64,000 bases of DNA from an uncultured Nitrososphaerota archaeon. Lineage in GTDB: Archaea > Thermoproteota > Nitrososphaeria > Nitrososphaerales > Gagatemarchaeaceae. Location of the stretch: assembly GCA_963703285.1 (NCBI GenBank), contig OY969807.1, positions 1,632,001 through 1,696,000 on the forward strand, read 5' to 3'. The notes beneath the pieces are model-generated. The model saw nothing but the letters and a program-made list of their open reading frames with translations, ran no database searches and was not told the DNA's origin. The stretch's first letter is position 1; every line of letters starts with the position of its first letter. The position numbers and the translations under genes are program-made. This document shows, piece by piece, positions 59,806 to 64,000 of the stretch.

Positions 59806-60423
59806 ATGAGCGTTCCTACCTCTAGGCAGGCGTTCGCCTTCCTCGCTCCGCTCAGGAGGAAGACTTCGGTCTTCATCGCGCAGAACAGGAGGGGAAACTT
59901 AGAGGTCGCCCGTTTCCTTCTAGGGTGTCTCGCGGCATCCAGGAAGCGCACGGTCATATTCGATACGAGCGCCTTCTACGGCGCCAACATCAGAGACCTT
60001 GCCGAGTCCTTGCCGAAGGACTTCCTCCAGCGGTCGGTGCTAGTCACTCCGCAGGACGACCAAAATCTGGAAGATTCGATAACGGACGTGCTGAGCATGA
60101 AGACGGATGCAATCCTGATCGACGACCTCAACTCCCTGCACTATCTCCTCTCTTCGAATACGCCGAAATCAGGGATTCACGAACTGTTCACCCTGCTTCG
60201 GATCCTCTCCTACTACGCAAGGATCAACAACGTGTCCGTCCTCGGAACGGTCTACAGGTCGGAGAGAGAGCCTGCGGCCGAAAGAGGGACGAGGCGGTCG
60301 CTCTCCGCCGCCGCCGATTTGCAGATTTCCACCGACGTCCGTGGCGACCAGCTCACGTTCAGGTGCAACGAGATAAAGAGCTGGCCGAACAACAAGTTCA
60401 GCGCGCGGTTTACTTCTGAGTGA
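59806..60423 (+). CDS. Hypothetical protein, degenerate RecA/RadB-like fold
   Basis: ILIDDLNSL Walker-B-like strand; no Walker A. Confidence 0.6.
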   Translation: MSVPTSRQAFAFLAPLRRKTSVFIAQNRRGNLEVARFLLGCLAASRKRTVIFDTSAFYGANIRDLAESLPKDFLQRSVLVTPQDDQNLEDSITDVLSMKTDAILIDDLNSLHYLLSSNTPKSGIHELFTLLRILSYYARINNVSVLGTVYRSEREPAAERGTRRSLSAAADLQISTDVRGDQLTFRCNEIKSWPNNKFSARFTSE

Positions 60424-60805
60424 GCACGTAGTATCCCATGTACACAGCTATCGCGATGAGCACCAGCCCGATACCGAGCAAGAAGTTGACCATCCTCGGC
60501 TTGGTGGTCTGCCTCCCGCTGAGGTATGACATGTATATGCCCACCGCCCCTATGATGATGGTGAGGGCGTCGACTCCGGTCTCAGTTGCCGACTGCGCGC
60601 CTGTTGACGGGAATATCACATAGCCGAAATTGACAGGTTGAATCACTGCGCTGACCAACCCCGCCGTCATCAGGACTATCCCCAAGACGTAGAGTACCTG
60701 CATCCATTCGGTCTTGATTTCGGAGACCAGTCCGCTCTTGCCGGTGGCCTTGTCCAGTCTCCTCCAGACCGCATTCAGGTGGGAATCGACCCAACTTCTT
60801 ATCAT
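60410..60805 (-). CDS. Three-TM protein resembling OST3/OST6-OSTC oligosaccharyltransferase subunits
   Basis: TAGLVSAVIQP...AQSATE...IGAVG...KPR...LLGIG pattern; similarity judged by eye. Confidence 0.55.
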   Translation of the reverse strand: MIRSWVDSHLNAVWRRLDKATGKSGLVSEIKTEWMQVLYVLGIVLMTAGLVSAVIQPVNFGYVIFPSTGAQSATETGVDALTIIIGAVGIYMSYLSGRQTTKPRMVNFLLGIGLVLIAIAVYMGYYVLTQK

Positions 60806-61017
60806 TGGCTGGTCTCCTCCAAGTTGATCACTTCTTTTATCCACTGACCCGTCTCGTCAAGAGCTTTAACTCTATTCAAGTAATCTTTCCACGACATGCC
60901 GGAATAGGCTTCCTGCCAGCTCGAATATGCCCTTTTAAGCGCATCTCTCGCCTCCGAGTGATGGCCGCAGAGGTCGCCGTCTGTCCTAGCTTCTCTCTTG
61001 CACACTCTGCACTGCAT
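60802..61017 (-). CDS. Small Zn-binding protein downstream of topA
   Basis: MQCRVC...CGHH...WKDYL...TGQW. Confidence 0.75.
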   Translation of the reverse strand: MQCRVCKREARTDGDLCGHHSEARDALKRAYSSWQEAYSGMSWKDYLNRVKALDETGQWIKEVINLEETSQ

Positions 61018-63091
61018 GTTTTCTCTCCACCTTGCTCGGACATTTGAAGTTGACGCACAGCCTCCATGGGTATCTGCCCGCCCTGACATACACCACCGGC
61101 CATCCGCAGAGCTTACAGGGCCGGTTCGTGGTCTTTATGGTCCCCCGCTGAGGAAGTGGCGCGGAGGCCCTGCACCCGTTCGGATAGTTGGTGCAACCGA
61201 CGAACCTCTTCTTGGTTTTGAAGGATCGGATGATTCTGAGCCGGCCCGTCCCGCACACGGGGCAGACACCGAGGACGCTCTGGGAGATTGTTGTCTGAAC
61301 CGCCGAATCGTTCATCCTGCGGCCGATTTCAAGCTCGTTCAGCTTCAGCCTCTCAATCTGCTTCGATAAGAGGTCGACGACCCGCTCTATGAGGACCGCC
61401 CCTTCGCCAGCCCCGCTCTCGATCTCGTCGAGCGCGCTCTCCGTCTCTCGGGTCAGCGCTGTGGAAACTATCTGAGGGCAGTATTCCTGCATCATCTCGT
61501 ACACGGATATTCCCAGGTCGGTGGCGACCAGGCTGTCGCCCGACGCGTAACCTCTGGTCACCAGGGTCGAGATAATGTCGGCCCGGGTCGCCTTCGTGCC
61601 GATCGATTCGCTCTCCATCTTCTCGAGCAGGCTGCTCTGGTTGTACCTCCGAGGGGCGCCCTCGAACTTCTCGGCGGAATCCACCTTCAGGACCGAGAGG
61701 ACGTCGTCCTCCTTCAGCGACGGGATGCTCTTGTCCTCTATTCCCGTGTACTTCCTGTAGTATCTCATCCACCCGGCCTTGAGGGTTCTTCTTCCGGTGA
61801 TTCGGAACAGATGCGCTCCCACCTCGATGTCCGCGTTCACCCTCTCGCGGATGGCCTCCTTCCCGAAGCACGCAAGGAAGCGCCGCACCACCAGGTCAAA
61901 CAACCTGCGCGCGTTAGAATCGAGGTTCCGCTTCGGCGATTCGCCGGTCGGGTAGATGGCGGGGTGCGCCTGGTCCGATTTGTCGCCCTCTCTCGGCCTC
62001 AGGTCTTCCTTCAGCAGTTCCTCGACCAGAAGGCTGTACTCCTGCATCCTGCCGATGTTCGATATTGTCTCATGGTACCTGAGAGAGGCCGGAAGCTTCT
62101 GGCTGCTCGTCCTGGGATACGATATCAGGGCGTCGAGATAGAGCCTCTCGGCGATTTGAAGGGTCCTGCTGGGCGTATATCCGAAGTTCCTGTATGCCTC
62201 TCTCTGAAGGTCTCCTAAGTTGAAGGGTGGCGGAGGGGGCTCCTTGTAGACGCTCCTTGAGAGCCCTGAGACGCGAGCGTTCCTCCCCTCGCATTCGTCC
62301 CTGACGGACTCGGCGTCGGCCCTCCTACCAAACCTAGACTCGGCGCTCGGCGCTTCGAACCTGAATCCATCCTTCTCGAAGAGCCCGGTGACGGTCCAGT
62401 AAGGCGTCGGCACGAAGCTCCGGATCTCTACCTCGCGCTCTACCACAAAACCAAGGGTGGGACCTTGCACGCGACCCATGCTGACGGTTCTGTATCCCGA
62501 ATACGCTGTCGCAAGAGACGAGGAGAGAGCCCGGGATAGGTTGATTCCCCACATGAAATCCAGCGCGTGTCTGATTCTGCCGGCCCTCGCTAGGCCCTCG
62601 CCGAGACCGGTCGCTGCTTCGTCGAAGGCCTTCACAAGTTCCTCCTTCGTCAATGTGGAGAACTTGGCCCGGAGAGCCTCAGCCTCTCTCCCGCCACAGG
62701 CGTATCTTAGGATGTTATAGCCGATGGTCTCTCCCTCCACGTCGAAGTCGCAGGCGTTGACGAGAGAACCCGCTCTTGCGGCGAGCCTTTCTATGGACTG
62801 AATGCGCTTCTCGATGTTCTTCGCTTTCTTATCGATCATGTGAACAGGATACCACTCGAGATCGAAGACTGGGTAGATGTCCCTCCCGCGGAAAGAATCT
62901 GAAATCGCGTATAGATGACCTATCGCGGAGCAGACCACGTAGTCGTGACCATCCCTTGTGAAGCCAAACACCTGAACGCCGTTGACGTTCATCGCCCTCG
63001 TCCCATCGACAGCCAGTGCGTCGGCGACCCTCCTGGCCGCGTCAGGTTTCTCACAGATGACCAGACGGTAGTCGGAGGGTAGCTTGTCCAT
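60986..63091 (-). CDS. topA: DNA topoisomerase IA
   Basis: ICEKPDAA, CDFDVEGE, MGRVQGP, ISYPRT, C-terminal Zn ribbons. Confidence 0.93.
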   Translation of the reverse strand: MDKLPSDYRLVICEKPDAARRVADALAVDGTRAMNVNGVQVFGFTRDGHDYVVCSAIGHLYAISDSFRGRDIYPVFDLEWYPVHMIDKKAKNIEKRIQSIERLAARAGSLVNACDFDVEGETIGYNILRYACGGREAEALRAKFSTLTKEELVKAFDEAATGLGEGLARAGRIRHALDFMWGINLSRALSSSLATAYSGYRTVSMGRVQGPTLGFVVEREVEIRSFVPTPYWTVTGLFEKDGFRFEAPSAESRFGRRADAESVRDECEGRNARVSGLSRSVYKEPPPPPFNLGDLQREAYRNFGYTPSRTLQIAERLYLDALISYPRTSSQKLPASLRYHETISNIGRMQEYSLLVEELLKEDLRPREGDKSDQAHPAIYPTGESPKRNLDSNARRLFDLVVRRFLACFGKEAIRERVNADIEVGAHLFRITGRRTLKAGWMRYYRKYTGIEDKSIPSLKEDDVLSVLKVDSAEKFEGAPRRYNQSSLLEKMESESIGTKATRADIISTLVTRGYASGDSLVATDLGISVYEMMQEYCPQIVSTALTRETESALDEIESGAGEGAVLIERVVDLLSKQIERLKLNELEIGRRMNDSAVQTTISQSVLGVCPVCGTGRLRIIRSFKTKKRFVGCTNYPNGCRASAPLPQRGTIKTTNRPCKLCGWPVVYVRAGRYPWRLCVNFKCPSKVERKHAVQSVQERS

Positions 63092-63160
63092 GGAAAAGGT
63101 CACTGTGGGCGAACAATGCATTTATTCCAATGCTTTAAAGACTGAGGCGCTGTCTCACCG

Positions 63161-63337
63161 TTGACGTACGAACTCATCTGCTCAAAATGCGGCCACACGA
63201 TATACTCAGGATTCGACCTACGTTCGCCCAACGATATCCTGAAGCCGATGGGCTACTCCTGCAAGAAATGCGGCACCAAGCTGACCCCGAGCAACTTCAA
63301 GGTCGATGTCATGAAGCTCGAGGGAAGGTTCGCCTAG
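63161..63337 (+). CDS. Small zinc-ribbon protein (58 aa, absent from ORF track)
   Basis: CSKCG...CKKCG; TATA-like TTTAAA upstream. Confidence 0.7.
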   Translation: MTYELICSKCGHTIYSGFDLRSPNDILKPMGYSCKKCGTKLTPSNFKVDVMKLEGRFA

Positions 63338-64000
63338 CCGAATAACCAAGGCTCCTCATGTACACGCATTGATCCGCCCGAACGGAGAAACTCGACGCTG
63401 AATAGCTGGCCTGCCCGACGAGGCTGCTCTCCACCCCCCTCACCAAGACGAAGGGAGTGGCCTGGTCAGATTCTCCCATGACGAGCTGGGCCGCGGAGCA
63501 AAGGTCGTCGGCTATTGCCTGGCTGGTAACCCTCAGGATGTTACCGAACAAATCCTTCTTTCCCCGCAGGTCCAGTACCGCCTCCAGACCTGCGGCGGCA
63601 AGGGCTACGCCTATGGTGCCCCGGCGGGTGGGCATCAACCTGCTGTCGGAGACGACGACGCCCACTCGCACACCGTGCCGGAACTCCATCGCTTCAACGA
63701 GGGCAGATGCCGACTCGAGCGCGTTTCTCGGGTAGAGCACGACCTTTCCTGGTTCTATGTTTGATTTGTCGATTCCCGCGTTCGGAGAGAGGAGTCCGTC
63801 CTTGGATGCGAGTACGAACCCGGTGACCCCCCCGAGCACTTCGTCCGACTCCCTGATTATCAGCTCGCAAAGCCGAGGCGGAATGTTGAACCTGGATGAG
63901 AGTTCCCCCGCATATTCCGACGGTATCACGGTGTCCAGTGACAAGACCCTCCCTTCGGAGATCGCGATGAATTTGCTCGACGCTACCAGGACGTCTCCGC
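63309..64000 (-). CDS. cofE: F420-0:gamma-glutamyl ligase (5' end outside window)
   Basis: PNAGIDKSN, SDSR..PTRRG, DLFG..L.VT..AIAD, MGE. Confidence 0.9.
   Translation of the reverse strand, partial: GDVLVASSKFIAISEGRVLSLDTVIPSEYAGELSSRFNIPPRLCELIIRESDEVLGGVTGFVLASKDGLLSPNAGIDKSNIEPGKVVLYPRNALESASALVEAMEFRHGVRVGVVVSDSRLMPTRRGTIGVALAAAGLEAVLDLRGKKDLFGNILRVTSQAIADDLCSAAQLVMGESDQATPFVLVRGVESSLVGQASYSASSFSVRADQCVYMRSLGYSARRTFPRAS

Noticed and set aside
7141-62961. Many long overlapping or antisense ORFs (e.g. 7141-7992, 24560-25327, 46262-47398, 49074-49859)
   Set aside because: Shadow frames of GC-rich genes, Arg/Pro-rich with no motifs.

Overview
Archaeal chromosomal window with a GC-rich core. 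The gene set (PolD DP1 and DP2, cdc6/orc1, Elf1, GGGP synthase, Sec61beta, topoisomerase IA, CofE, ThyX) points to a Nitrososphaerota (Thaumarchaeota)-like organism; this taxonomy is inferred. Conserved blocks (about 3.3-11 kb, 29-33 kb, 48.5-64 kb) alternate with accessory regions. Bases 1-3071 are the AT-richer end of an integrated element closed by a duplicated tRNA-Leu 3' end. Also present: a tRNA-Ser(CGA) with three apparent introns, an ORB-containing replication origin about 21 kb from cdc6, an orphan RHS toxin/immunity pair and an arsenic-resistance cluster. The most striking unexplained structure is a dispersed 20-bp element, consensus TTCGGACAAAACTATTAATC, in 12 intergenic copies on both strands between 17.8 and 48.0 kb. 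It mostly lies about 30 bp upstream of a domain-shuffled family of N-terminally membrane-anchored, Cys-containing surface proteins or their decayed remnants, often right after the previous gene's stop codon. This suggests a cassette-like surface-protein turnover system. No recombinase is in the window, so the mechanism (shared promoter versus recombination site) is unresolved. All alignments were done by eye.
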